DNA from: an uncultured Planctomycetales bacterium
GTDB taxonomy: Bacteria; Omnitrophota; Gorgyraeia; Zapsychrales; JAHFFX01
DNA: 64,000 nucleotides
Direction: 5' to 3'
NCBI GenBank assembly: GCA_964464475.1
Contig: CAYXGG010000007.1
Location: 5,305 to 69,304, forward strand
Both the position numbers and the translations under genes were made by a program. Below, one piece after another: positions 9,391 to 18,753 of this stretch. Every line of letters begins with the position of its first letter. Position 1 is the stretch's first letter. Under the pieces are notes generated by a model. It did not search any database. It was not told where the DNA came from and saw only the letters and a list, made by a program, of their open reading frames with translations.

Positions 9391-10641
9391 CTACCCCCTA
9401 CCTAGCTGGGTAATATTGAACATGGGCAGAAACATGGCCAAAACAATGACGCCAATGACCGCTCCCATGAAAACCAACATAAATGGTTCCACCATGGTCG
9501 CAAACCGTTTCATAAAGGTTTCCACTTGCCGTTGATAAAAGGCGGAAACATGCTTAAGCATTTTGCTTAATTCACCGGTTTCTTCACCGACCATGATCAT
9601 TTGGATGGCCATCGGAGGAAAGAATTCACTGCGTTGCATGGGTCCCACCAGCAATTCGCCTTCGCGAACGCCTTCTTTGATGTCGCCCACAATTTTCTCG
9701 CAGGTTTTGTTGTTTACGAGTCTTTGTGTAATATCCAACGCATAAAGAATCGGGACGCCGCTGTCAATAAGGATGGACATTTGAGAGGAAAAGCGTTCAA
9801 CAACAATTAATTTAAAAACACGGCCAAAGGAAGGCATATTAAAAAGAAAACTTTCAAACTGCAACTGACCTTTGGGAGTTTCGATGAGCTTCTTGATTAA
9901 AAAAACAACGATTCCTATAACCCCAACCAAAATAAAGAATTTATTTTTAATAAAATTAAATACCGTTAAGAGAATTTGAGTGATGAGCGGAAGCTTAACC
10001 CCAAATGATTTAAAAATTTCTTCAAAGCGAGGGCCAACGAAGAAGGCAAAAAACCCGATCGCCCCTACGGCGACAAAAAACAAAATGGCCGGATAGATGA
10101 TGGCCGACACGATAGTTTTATTGAATTCGTCTTGCTGCTCCATGTAAAAAGCCAGCTTTTCTAAAACCAGGGGCATCGTCCCGGAAGCTTCCCCGACTTC
10201 AATCAAGCTAACCCAAAATTGATTAAAAGCTTTAGGATGCTTTCCTAGACTTGAACTTAAGGACGCACCCTGCTCAACATCCTTACGAACTTCCGTCAGA
10301 ATCTCAAAAAGCGTCTTACTTTCAACTTGGGAAACGATAACGTCCAGGCTGCGCAGTAAGGTAACTCCCGATTCAAGCATGGTAGCTAACTGGCGGGCGA
10401 AAATCAGCAAATCTTCAATGATAATGTTGTTGTGAGTAAAACTTTCTTTCTTTTTTTTCTTTTCTTGTTGATCTTCGGTCGGAGGTTTTTTGGGTGCTTG
10501 GGCTTTGACTTCATCGACACTAATGACAAAATAACCTTCTGATTGCAGGCGTTCAATCAGGCTTTCTTCAGATAAAGCCTCTCCCATCTCGGAGATGGTC
10601 CGTCCGGAAGAATCTTTAACGACATATGAGTATTTGGCCAC
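9391..10641 (-). CDS. pilC: type IV pilus/T2SS platform protein PilC/GspF
   Basis: FARQLATMLESGV, VGEASGTM, VGEETGEL, MFLPMF. Confidence 0.93.
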   Translation of the reverse strand: MAKYSYVVKDSSGRTISEMGEALSEESLIERLQSEGYFVISVDEVKAQAPKKPPTEDQQEKKKKKESFTHNNIIIEDLLIFARQLATMLESGVTLLRSLDVIVSQVESKTLFEILTEVRKDVEQGASLSSSLGKHPKAFNQFWVSLIEVGEASGTMPLVLEKLAFYMEQQDEFNKTIVSAIIYPAILFFVAVGAIGFFAFFVGPRFEEIFKSFGVKLPLITQILLTVFNFIKNKFFILVGVIGIVVFLIKKLIETPKGQLQFESFLFNMPSFGRVFKLIVVERFSSQMSILIDSGVPILYALDITQRLVNNKTCEKIVGDIKEGVREGELLVGPMQRSEFFPPMAIQMIMVGEETGELSKMLKHVSAFYQRQVETFMKRFATMVEPFMLVFMGAVIGVIVLAMFLPMFNITQLGRG

Positions 10642-10656
10642 GGGCGTCGGTTAAGA

Positions 10657-12390
10657 TTATAGGTTGGCGGTTATACTTAAAACTTCATCAACGCTAGTCA
10701 GGCCATCTTCGACCCGTTTGAGCCCGGCTTCAAAGAGAGTGTCCATACCGTTTTTTCGGGCGGCATCCTTGATTTGGACGTACGTTGCGCGTTCCCCTAT
10801 TAATTTGCGGATGGTGTCATCCACCATGAGAACTTCGGGAATAACCAAGCGTCCCTTGTACCCGGTGTGATTGCATTCGTGACAGCCTTTGGCTCGGTAA
10901 ATGAGATCGGTATGGAATTTGATCCCGCCGGTCGACTCTTCGGAAGGCTCGTAGGCCTCTTTGCATTTTTGGCAGAGACGTCGACCTAAACGCTGGGCGA
11001 CGATGCACGCGAGTGATGGGGTCAGTAAGTAAGGTTCAATGCCGATATCAATCAAACGAGTAACCGCTGAAGAAGCGTCGTTGGTATGTAAAGTGCTTAA
11101 CACAAAGTGTCCGGTTAGCGCGGCGCGAACACAAATTTGCGCCGTTTCCAAATCTCGGACTTCCCCGACCATGATAACGTCCGGATCTTGGCGTAGGAAA
11201 GCACGTAACGCCGTCGCGAAAGTTAATCCGATGTCCGCTTTGACTCCGACTTGATTGATCCCTTCGATTTTAAATTCCACCGGATCTTCGACCGTCATAA
11301 TATTTTTACGCGGATCAATGGTTTCGTTTAAGGATGAATACAACGTGGTTGATTTTCCGCTTCCGGTTGGCCCTGTGACAAAAAACAACCCATAAGGAAG
11401 CTTTAACGCTTTTCGTAAATGCTCAAGTTGCTTGTTGTCAAAACCAAGGCGACTTAATTCTAATGGAACCGCGTCCTTATCCAAAATTCTCATAACGACT
11501 TTTTCGCCCCAGACCGTTGGAACGGTTGAAACACGCAAGTCTACGGTACGGTTCTCTAGTTTAGCGGCGATGGCCCCATCCTGCGGTAAGCGTTTTTCCG
11601 CGATATCCAATTTGGAAAGAATTTTAATTCTGGAGACTATAGGTAAATGTAAGTGTTTGGCCGGTGGCGGAATTTCATAAAGGGAACCGTCTATACGATA
11701 ACGTAAACGAATGCGGTCTTTGTACGGTTCAATATGAATATCACTCGCCCGTTCATCAATGGCTTGGCGAATGATAAGATCTACGAGTTTAATAACGGGC
11801 GCTTCTTCAGCTTTGGCAATGAGCTTGTCTAAACTGAGTTGCGCTTCGGTCGAGGTGGTTTCCCCTTCCGCGATAATGCTGGCGGTGGAACTGTCCGAAG
11901 TATAAGTGTTCTGAACGACCTCTCCTAGCATCGCGCTGCCACTGGCTTTGACGATGCCGTAAAATTCTTGTAAGGATCTCGTGAGATCATTTTTGGTGGC
12001 CAGCACGATATTGACTTCACATTTGGCAATACGCTTGACGTTATCAATCAACATCAAATCCAAAGGGTCGTTGACGGCAATCGTCAGAAAGTTATTGCTG
12101 ATAGAAAGCGGCAGGACGTTATTCTTTTCGGCAAAATCTTTGGGAATAATTTTGTCTAATCCTTGGTTTGCCTGGGGCTTTAATAAATCATTCTTTTTTG
12201 AAGAATAAGGTAATAATAGTTGCGTCGCCAAGGCGACGATAATGTCCTCTTCCGTGACCACGCCCATTTTGACCAATATTTCCCCGATGCGCCCGCGGGT
12301 TTGTTTTTGGTTCGCAATGGCTTGTTTGAGTTGCTCTTCGGTGAGTAACCCTTGTTGTAAAAGTATTTCGCCTAATTTTAGGTGCGCCAT
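10657..12390 (-). CDS. pilB: type IV pilus assembly ATPase PilB/GspE with N-terminal MshEN domain
   Basis: ASDIHIEP, GPTGSGKSTT, RQDPDVIMVGEVRD, STLHTND, tetra-Cys CQKC/CHEC; tandem (K/R)(L/I)GEIL motifs at the N-terminus. Confidence 0.94.
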   Translation of the reverse strand: MAHLKLGEILLQQGLLTEEQLKQAIANQKQTRGRIGEILVKMGVVTEEDIIVALATQLLLPYSSKKNDLLKPQANQGLDKIIPKDFAEKNNVLPLSISNNFLTIAVNDPLDLMLIDNVKRIAKCEVNIVLATKNDLTRSLQEFYGIVKASGSAMLGEVVQNTYTSDSSTASIIAEGETTSTEAQLSLDKLIAKAEEAPVIKLVDLIIRQAIDERASDIHIEPYKDRIRLRYRIDGSLYEIPPPAKHLHLPIVSRIKILSKLDIAEKRLPQDGAIAAKLENRTVDLRVSTVPTVWGEKVVMRILDKDAVPLELSRLGFDNKQLEHLRKALKLPYGLFFVTGPTGSGKSTTLYSSLNETIDPRKNIMTVEDPVEFKIEGINQVGVKADIGLTFATALRAFLRQDPDVIMVGEVRDLETAQICVRAALTGHFVLSTLHTNDASSAVTRLIDIGIEPYLLTPSLACIVAQRLGRRLCQKCKEAYEPSEESTGGIKFHTDLIYRAKGCHECNHTGYKGRLVIPEVLMVDDTIRKLIGERATYVQIKDAARKNGMDTLFEAGLKRVEDGLTSVDEVLSITANL

Positions 12391-12393
12391 AAG

Positions 12394-13890
12394 CTATTTT
12401 ACAGTTTCTGCTTGCGTCAAAGCGTTATCAATCTCTTGTTTTTTATTTGCGGGAATATCCTGTTCTCGGATGATGGGGGTCGTGGAAATTTGTTTTGGTT
12501 TAGGGCTCGTTGGTGTATTTTCTGCAAGAATGTGTGGTGTGATAAAAATAATTAATTCGCGTTCTACCTCAGATTCATCATCATGTCGAAAGGAACGCCC
12601 TAGCACCGGAATATCTCCTAGAAAAGGAACCTTGGTGACGGTCTTGCTTTTGTCTGTTCGCAGCAGTCCTCCGATAATGATCGTTTCGCCGTCATTGATT
12701 TTAAGGATGGATTGCGTGCCGCGCTCTTCGGGATCCCGAAATGTCTCACCGCGAAACGTGCCTCCCAATCGCGCCTGAATGACTTTAGGCGCAATGGCCA
12801 TAGTAATCTCTCCGGTCGTCAGGTTGGCCTGGGGCGTGACTACTAAGAAAACACCCGTTTCAACACGTTCCGCTTCCACGGTCGTGGTGCCCCCCGTGTC
12901 CTGGCTTTGGGTTTCTTGCTTAACGCCAATGGCTTCATCGGTCTTAATTTGAATTTGGGCGGTTTGATTATTGAGGGTGAGAATTCGAGGACGAGCCAGA
13001 TTTTTTGTATCGGAGTTAGTTCTCAAAAATTGTAAAGCCATCGTTAAACCTGAAGCACTAATGGTGCCGACTCGATACTCAGCTTCTTCAAAAGCATATC
13101 CTTTATCCAACAATTTTCTTTGGTTCCAAGGATAGACGGTATCACGTTCACCCCCTTTGAACGTCAATGGGGTTTCTCCAAATTTGACGCCAAGTTTGTC
13201 GGCCGTATTTTTGGCTACATCCAGCATTTCAACTTCGATCAAAATCTGCGGGATGGGTACATCTAATCTGGCCAAGGTTTGCTCGATAAGAGGAAATTGT
13301 CCTGGTACATCAGAAATAATAAAACTATTCGTGCGCGGATCTTCCACTAGGGTTCCGCTGCTGGTAAGGACACTTTTGACAGCGCCCAAAAGCCCGCCAG
13401 GATTTGTTGCCGAGGCGGCAGAACTCCCGGCTGATGAAGAACCTGTGGTGATATCAATCGTATTATTGATTTTGGACGTGCTCACCGAAGCGTGCTTTAA
13501 ACGATAGACGCGGGTAATGGTTGTTCGCTTAGGTTGGTTGGACGGTTTGATGATGTAAATACCACTTCCCGGTTCAATTTCATAGGTCAGGTCATTGGCT
13601 GACAAAATTCTTTCCAAGGCTTCCAAAACGGGAACTTTGTTGAGGAACAGATTGACTTTTTTGGTGCCAATTTCTTGTGAGGCGATAAAGTTAAGGTCGG
13701 ATTGTTGAGAGAGAATTTTTAGGACGTCAGTTAACAGGGCGTCTTTAAAATCCATGGAAATCTTTTTTGAATACTCTGGATAAAGGAAACTACTTTCCTG
13801 CGCGGATGCTAGTGGGGTAATTTTTTCGGACTCAAAGCCGATAGCCAAGACAGAGATGATTCCGAAAAGAAATATGAGTTTTTTGCGCAT
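12394..13890 (-). CDS. pilQ: secretin (PilQ/GspD family)
   Basis: ISMDFKDA STN-like domain, DPRTNSFIISD N3 domain, GETIIIGGL and KVPFLGDIPVLG secretin motifs. Confidence 0.88.
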   Translation of the reverse strand: MRKKLIFLFGIISVLAIGFESEKITPLASAQESSFLYPEYSKKISMDFKDALLTDVLKILSQQSDLNFIASQEIGTKKVNLFLNKVPVLEALERILSANDLTYEIEPGSGIYIIKPSNQPKRTTITRVYRLKHASVSTSKINNTIDITTGSSSAGSSAASATNPGGLLGAVKSVLTSSGTLVEDPRTNSFIISDVPGQFPLIEQTLARLDVPIPQILIEVEMLDVAKNTADKLGVKFGETPLTFKGGERDTVYPWNQRKLLDKGYAFEEAEYRVGTISASGLTMALQFLRTNSDTKNLARPRILTLNNQTAQIQIKTDEAIGVKQETQSQDTGGTTTVEAERVETGVFLVVTPQANLTTGEITMAIAPKVIQARLGGTFRGETFRDPEERGTQSILKINDGETIIIGGLLRTDKSKTVTKVPFLGDIPVLGRSFRHDDESEVERELIIFITPHILAENTPTSPKPKQISTTPIIREQDIPANKKQEIDNALTQAETVK

Positions 13891-13902
13891 AAAGTCCTCA
13901 GG

Positions 13903-14388
13903 TTATTTATTGTACAGAATTCGAAATTTTCTTCCCTCGAACAGTACTTCGACCCCCTTCTCCGTAATGTTCGTGATCGTAGCTTCGCTGATTTTTTGTC
14001 CTACGGAAACCACTTGGTTGTTGACGATGGCTTGGGGTTGGTCACTATTCCATACAATACCATTGATAGAGAAATTGGGTAGTTTAATGTTCTTAATTTT
14101 TTCTTTAGGGGTGGCGGGCGCTTGATCTTTCGGTGGCAAAGTCGGTAATTTAGTTTGGCCGTTGGTATTCGTGGCGGGATCCAGCTTGGGTGGTGGTAAT
14201 GGTTTAGGAGGCAACCGTTCAGAAAAAGGATTTTCTAGTTTATCTAAATCGGTATCGGTTAGAGAGTATTTAGCCAGAGTCTTGTCTTGAGCCGCGGTTA
14301 ATATCTCTTCAGCCCCATGAGTCGCGTTCAATTTTCCCAAAGCACCAAGTAACATAACCAGGACTAGGATTCTGTTGAGTTTCTTCAT
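13903..14388 (-). CDS. PilP/GspB-like periplasmic protein
   Basis: Signal peptide, ENPF motif, Pro-rich linker, INGIVW..AIVNNQVVSVGQKI beta domain. Confidence 0.65.
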   Translation of the reverse strand: MKKLNRILVLVMLLGALGKLNATHGAEEILTAAQDKTLAKYSLTDTDLDKLENPFSERLPPKPLPPPKLDPATNTNGQTKLPTLPPKDQAPATPKEKIKNIKLPNFSINGIVWNSDQPQAIVNNQVVSVGQKISEATITNITEKGVEVLFEGRKFRILYNK

Positions 14389-14981
14389 GGGATTTTTTTA
14401 AAATTAATGGTTTCCACTTCTAATTGTCCGCTGATGATGCTTTCGGGTATCTTTTCTCCCGGAGCTGGATCAGGTGGGGTATCCATGGTAGCCCGCCAGA
14501 ATTTGACTAACAAATTTTCTGGAGCTTGTTCAATCTTATTAATAAAACGTAATATTTGCGGATAGGATGTTCCGGTAAAACTTAATTTAAGATTGATTTT
14601 TGAAAAATGAGGTTTATTGATTTTGTCGGCTGGAGAGAAATTGAGGATTTTGACCTCGGTTTCGGTAGCTAGATCGCTCAAAAAATCAATGAGCGGCTCT
14701 GTCTCCATTCCAGATTTCAGGTTGGCAATAAATTCTTTTTGTTCTTTTTGTTTAGCGTCATGAGACGCGATAACTTTAAGCTTTTTTTCAAGTTCAAGAA
14801 TTTTGGTATTATTTTGGCTGTTTTCAGTCATTTTTCCGTTTAAAATTTTAAAACTAGCAAACAACGCCAGCAAGATCATCAGGCCTTTAATCGCGTTCAG
14901 CGGATTTTGCAGGATGGTATTCTGGATTTTCTCCAGATTAATGTCTTTAATGTCTATTTTATTTAAGTCGTTGATGTTCAT
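14385..14981 (-). CDS. pilO: PilO-like alignment protein
   Basis: Single TM, coiled coil, SYPQILRFINKIE motif; operon position. Confidence 0.7.
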   Translation of the reverse strand: MNINDLNKIDIKDINLEKIQNTILQNPLNAIKGLMILLALFASFKILNGKMTENSQNNTKILELEKKLKVIASHDAKQKEQKEFIANLKSGMETEPLIDFLSDLATETEVKILNFSPADKINKPHFSKINLKLSFTGTSYPQILRFINKIEQAPENLLVKFWRATMDTPPDPAPGEKIPESIISGQLEVETINFKKIP

Positions 14982-16559
14982 TTATTCACAAGTTATTGAA
15001 AAGGCGGTAATGGATTTGTCTTTTATCGTGACACTGGTTGCTGATTTTAAAGAGATTTTGTTGAAATTCTCTGCGAAATCCGGGTCGTTGCGTAAGTTGG
15101 TGATGAAAGAATTGACGATTTTTATTTGCTGATTAAGTATTTCGTTATAAGCCAATCCGTTCATTTCAATAAAGATCCTAGGAACCAGGATATCCTTATC
15201 TTCAGGAGTTGAAGGCAGTCCTTTCTGTTCATTGATAGCAGATTGTGGTAAATCGCGCAGAGAGATTTGTAGGTCCTTGATCCATACTCCTTTGGGAAGC
15301 ATCTTGGGGATTTTTGCCAAAAAGTAAGCGAGATGACTTTCAGTATTAACGCTTCGATACTCCAGAGTTGTTTTTTCAATGGCGCTGATTTTTTCTTCAA
15401 TCTTTTTGCTGTCAAGGTCTTTAAATAGGCCTTGCTTGGCGGATAATTCGGTGAGTTTTTTTTGAGAATCCAACCCCAAAAATTTAGTTCCGCCAATCGT
15501 CAGCCCCACGATCGCGGCACAAATACCTAAAACCTGAGCGAGTCCGATAATGTCCTCTTTGCTCAACTTAAGTTTAAATTCGGTTTTTTGGGGTTTTGTG
15601 GGGCCTTGGGCTAGGTCAAATTTAATGGGTAAAGCAATACTATCTTTTAAACAAGCGCCGAATGAATTTAAGTAATGAATAGACTGGGCCTCGGCAATGT
15701 TAAGTAATTCTTTGTGGTCAAAGGCCTGAGTGGGTATCCCCAAATCATCTTGCAGGCTTTTCGTAAGCTCTGGGGAGGGGTTTTGCGCGATGATAATTAA
15801 GTGGTTAATTTTTTCTTGAGTAAATTGACGGGAAAAATAATCCAGCGAGATGCGAACCTCATTAAAGATACGGGCGTTGATGAGTTCAGCTTCATCCCCC
15901 GCTGTTCTTATCGCGGCGGGATTAGTCGTAAAAGTAAAATCTCGGATGAATTGTGGAATGCCCTGGTCAATAATCAATATTTTCCCTTCGCCAGGGAGTA
16001 TTTCGATTAACGCGAGCTTCTGATCCTGTAGAGATTTGGTTTTAATAAGCAAACAACGTAAAAGACTTAATGAGGCGGGTTCAATGCTGCTGACTTTGAG
16101 CCCGGACTGCTCCAATAACCCACAATATTTGTCGAGTAGGTCATGACGGATAGCTACAAAATAAATACGGATTTTACGGATGGCTTTCTCATTAAAAATT
16201 GATGAAAAGTAAGTGTAGGCGATTTCATCTAGCTTGAAGGGAATGTATTTTCGGACTTCAAACTCAACGATATTTTTTACTTCATTGGCGCTCACCCAGG
16301 GGATGATAAAGGAACGAAAGATGACATCGTGCGAAGATAAAGCCAAGACAACATCGGTGGTGGTAACTTTTTGTTCGCGTAGTGATTTCTGAACATTCCC
16401 GACAAACTTGATGTCTTCGGGAACCTCTTTGTCCGAAGGACTGTCTGTTTTGGCAAATAGATTATGTGTAATCGAAAAGAGGCTTTTCAGGCTTTGGTTT
16501 TCGACCTCGGTCAGGTAAAATTCGGAATTGGAGAAAAACGCTCCTAATTTCTTTGACAT
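14982..16559 (-). CDS. PilM-PilN fusion protein
   Basis: N-terminal PilM-like region (VEFEVRKYIPFKLDE, GIPQFIRD, EVRISLDYF), TM helix, then PilN-like region (MLPKGVWIKDL). Confidence 0.75.
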   Translation of the reverse strand: MSKKLGAFFSNSEFYLTEVENQSLKSLFSITHNLFAKTDSPSDKEVPEDIKFVGNVQKSLREQKVTTTDVVLALSSHDVIFRSFIIPWVSANEVKNIVEFEVRKYIPFKLDEIAYTYFSSIFNEKAIRKIRIYFVAIRHDLLDKYCGLLEQSGLKVSSIEPASLSLLRCLLIKTKSLQDQKLALIEILPGEGKILIIDQGIPQFIRDFTFTTNPAAIRTAGDEAELINARIFNEVRISLDYFSRQFTQEKINHLIIIAQNPSPELTKSLQDDLGIPTQAFDHKELLNIAEAQSIHYLNSFGACLKDSIALPIKFDLAQGPTKPQKTEFKLKLSKEDIIGLAQVLGICAAIVGLTIGGTKFLGLDSQKKLTELSAKQGLFKDLDSKKIEEKISAIEKTTLEYRSVNTESHLAYFLAKIPKMLPKGVWIKDLQISLRDLPQSAINEQKGLPSTPEDKDILVPRIFIEMNGLAYNEILNQQIKIVNSFITNLRNDPDFAENFNKISLKSATSVTIKDKSITAFSITCE

Positions 16560-16646
16560 TTGTCTACTAATATACCGATTTATGGTTCGAAAACAATAAA
16601 CAAAAGCGGTTTTTTGAGGAGGAGAAGATTGGGGTGCTAGGTTAGA

Positions 16647-16958
16647 TTAAAACGTGCCTGATGACGCCGTAATAAGCGTTCCGGCTTTGACTGTACTGAC
16701 GTTATAATTTTTGCCGTCTAAAGGCAGATAAAGAATAATTGATGTTGGGTTAAGCCCGCGATACACGTCATCAGCGTGGTTGAGGCTGGCGGCTAGGAGT
16801 AGCTGTTCGTATTTAATGCGGTCAATTTGACGTTGTCCTAGAGTGACTTCGCTGACGTTGGTGGACACAATACCCATGACCAAAATCATCATGACGCTGG
16901 TAAACATGAGAATCGTGACCAGAATGACACCGTTTTTATTCTTAAGAAGTTTATTCAT
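16647..16958 (-). CDS. short PilX/GspK-like pseudopilin
   Basis: NKNG|VILVTILMF prepilin-like N-terminus lacking Glu5. Start moved to MNKLL. Confidence 0.6.
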   Translation of the reverse strand: MNKLLKNKNGVILVTILMFTSVMMILVMGIVSTNVSEVTLGQRQIDRIKYEQLLLAASLNHADDVYRGLNPTSIILYLPLDGKNYNVSTVKAGTLITASSGTF

Positions 16959-17214
16959 GGGTATTTTTGCTTTTTGTCGCCCTAATATCCTCTTTGAGAT
17001 TAACATAACTTTTGCAGCGGGGACAAATGCTTATTTCTGTTTTTCGGTAATTTAAGAAAATAAAGGTACAGTAAGGGCAAATTTCAACAATCGTGCTCAG
17101 CTTGGTGTTTTCTTCTTTCCTGGTTAAATTATAAAACACTCCCCCTGCACTCACAAGTAGCAAGATGGAAAAAAAATAAACACTTAATGCCAGGCTAAAA
17201 TCTAGCGTGATCAT
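16951..17214 (-). CDS. small membrane protein with zinc-ribbon (CPYC...CPRC)
   Basis: N-terminal TM helix and two CxxC motifs; overlaps both neighbours. Confidence 0.7.
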   Translation of the reverse strand: MITLDFSLALSVYFFSILLLVSAGGVFYNLTRKEENTKLSTIVEICPYCTFIFLNYRKTEISICPRCKSYVNLKEDIRATKSKNTHE

Positions 17215-17660
17215 TGGGAAGTCCCCGGCCCGCGCAAAGGTAGATACGCGGGAGGATTTTCTAGATCTTTGAGGATGGGATGTGCAGGATCAGGTTGATG
17301 TAAGTTCTCTTCAGGAAATAGATTCTTGAGCGCCTTCTTTGCTGAAGGCGCCGTGTACCCAGGCTTTGTCAGGGGATCCGGAGTGTTTGTTTTTCCCAGC
17401 TGGGTTGGCAGAAATAACTGTTCTGTTGAGGACTCTATCCCTGCTTTTTGGGTAAAAACTTTACTAGCAGAAACATCTTCAGGAGACAGAAAGGCTCCCA
17501 TAAATAATAATTGAGGCATCTGGGGATCCGGCTTGTTGGGAAAGACAAAAGTAACAAAATAAGTCAAAACTAAGTGTCCCATTAAGGACACCAGCAGGGC
17601 CCCCATAAAAAATTTTGAAAATGACAGAGACAAAGAATCAGTTAATTTGATTGGTGGCAA
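17211..17660 (-). CDS. TonB/TolA-like single-TM Pro-rich protein lacking a recognisable TonB C-terminal domain
   Basis: TM with S-x3-H (SLMGH), Pro-rich tail, directly downstream of exbD; start uncertain. Confidence 0.5.
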   Translation of the reverse strand: MPPIKLTDSLSLSFSKFFMGALLVSLMGHLVLTYFVTFVFPNKPDPQMPQLLFMGAFLSPEDVSASKVFTQKAGIESSTEQLFLPTQLGKTNTPDPLTKPGYTAPSAKKALKNLFPEENLHQPDPAHPILKDLENPPAYLPLRGPGTSQ

Positions 17661-18042
17661 TGTTGATGCGTTCGATGCCTAATTCACGACACAAATTCCA
17701 GATTTCCACGACCCTGCCCACCGAAGCTCGACGGTCAGATTTGATAAGTAGCGGGCGGCGGGACGCGTTGTTTTCGGTTAATTGTTGTTTAAGTTCTTGA
17801 ATCGTTACTACGCGGTTATTGAAGTACAGCACATTTTCGCTAGAGATCGTAATGATTTGATTTTCATCACGGAGAATATCACTAGTGACCGTGCGGGGTA
17901 GTTGAACATTCATTCCCGCTTGAACCGCAAAAGGTGTTGTCAGCATAAAATAAAATAGGAGTAGAAGAACAACATCGATAAGCGGAGTTATGACTAGGGG
18001 GCCAAGTCCGAACTGCTGTTGCAGATTTCGTTTAAATTTCAA
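17638..18042 (-). CDS. exbD: biopolymer transport protein ExbD/TolR
   Basis: TPLIDVVLLLLFYFM TM with the conserved Asp; VQLP; LLIKSDR; INIAT. Probable TTG start at 18042. Confidence 0.88.
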   Translation of the reverse strand: MKFKRNLQQQFGLGPLVITPLIDVVLLLLFYFMLTTPFAVQAGMNVQLPRTVTSDILRDENQIITISSENVLYFNNRVVTIQELKQQLTENNASRRPLLIKSDRRASVGRVVEIWNLCRELGIERINIATNQIN

Positions 18043-18727
18043 CCGCTTCTTCTCCGTTTTTAAGTTTGTGGGCTGCATCCGTTGCGTTGAGTTGGGAAAA
18101 AAATTGAAGTAATTCACCGGCTCCCCGTTCCATTTCTAAAATCACTCGGTGAACTTGTCCAACACAATAATTCATGGCCAAGTAAGCCGGGATCGCGACG
18201 GTCAATCCGGCGACGGTTGTGATTAGGGCTTGCCAGATGCCTCCAGCCAAATCTCCGGTAGTTGTGGGCGTTAGCGTTGCCGCCTTAACCTGCAGTGCGT
18301 GGAAAGCGTTCATGAGACCTATGACAGTACCCAATAAACCCAACAGCGGCGCCACGTGAGCTAGCGACGCCAACAAGCCTAGCCTCGCCTCCAATTTTGG
18401 GATTTCTTGCAGGCTTATATTTTCCATCGCTTCTTTGATGGCGTCATTGGAAATGCCAGATTTTAATATGCCTGCTTGAAGTATTTTTGAGATGGGCGAA
18501 TGGTTCTGGTCGCAGAGCGTAATGGCTTCTTTAATTTTATTATTACGCAATAATTCGAACAGTTCTTTTCTGAAATTAGGAATATGTGTTGAAATCGAAG
18601 CGAGATACCATATTTTTTCAATCACGATGGCTGTCGCTATGAGTGAACACAGCAAGATGGGAACCATGATGGGGCCTCCCGACGTTAATAAGTCCCATCC
18701 GCTCATTCCCCAAGTACTGTTCATCAT
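18032..18727 (-). CDS. exbB: MotA/TolQ/ExbB proton channel protein
   Basis: GGPIMVPILLCS, APLLGLLGTVIG, GGIWQALITTVAGLTVAIPA. Confidence 0.9.
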   Translation of the reverse strand: MMNSTWGMSGWDLLTSGGPIMVPILLCSLIATAIVIEKIWYLASISTHIPNFRKELFELLRNNKIKEAITLCDQNHSPISKILQAGILKSGISNDAIKEAMENISLQEIPKLEARLGLLASLAHVAPLLGLLGTVIGLMNAFHALQVKAATLTPTTTGDLAGGIWQALITTVAGLTVAIPAYLAMNYCVGQVHRVILEMERGAGELLQFFSQLNATDAAHKLKNGEEAVEI

Positions 18728-18753
18728 GCTGTGTCTCCTTTGGAAAAAAAGGC

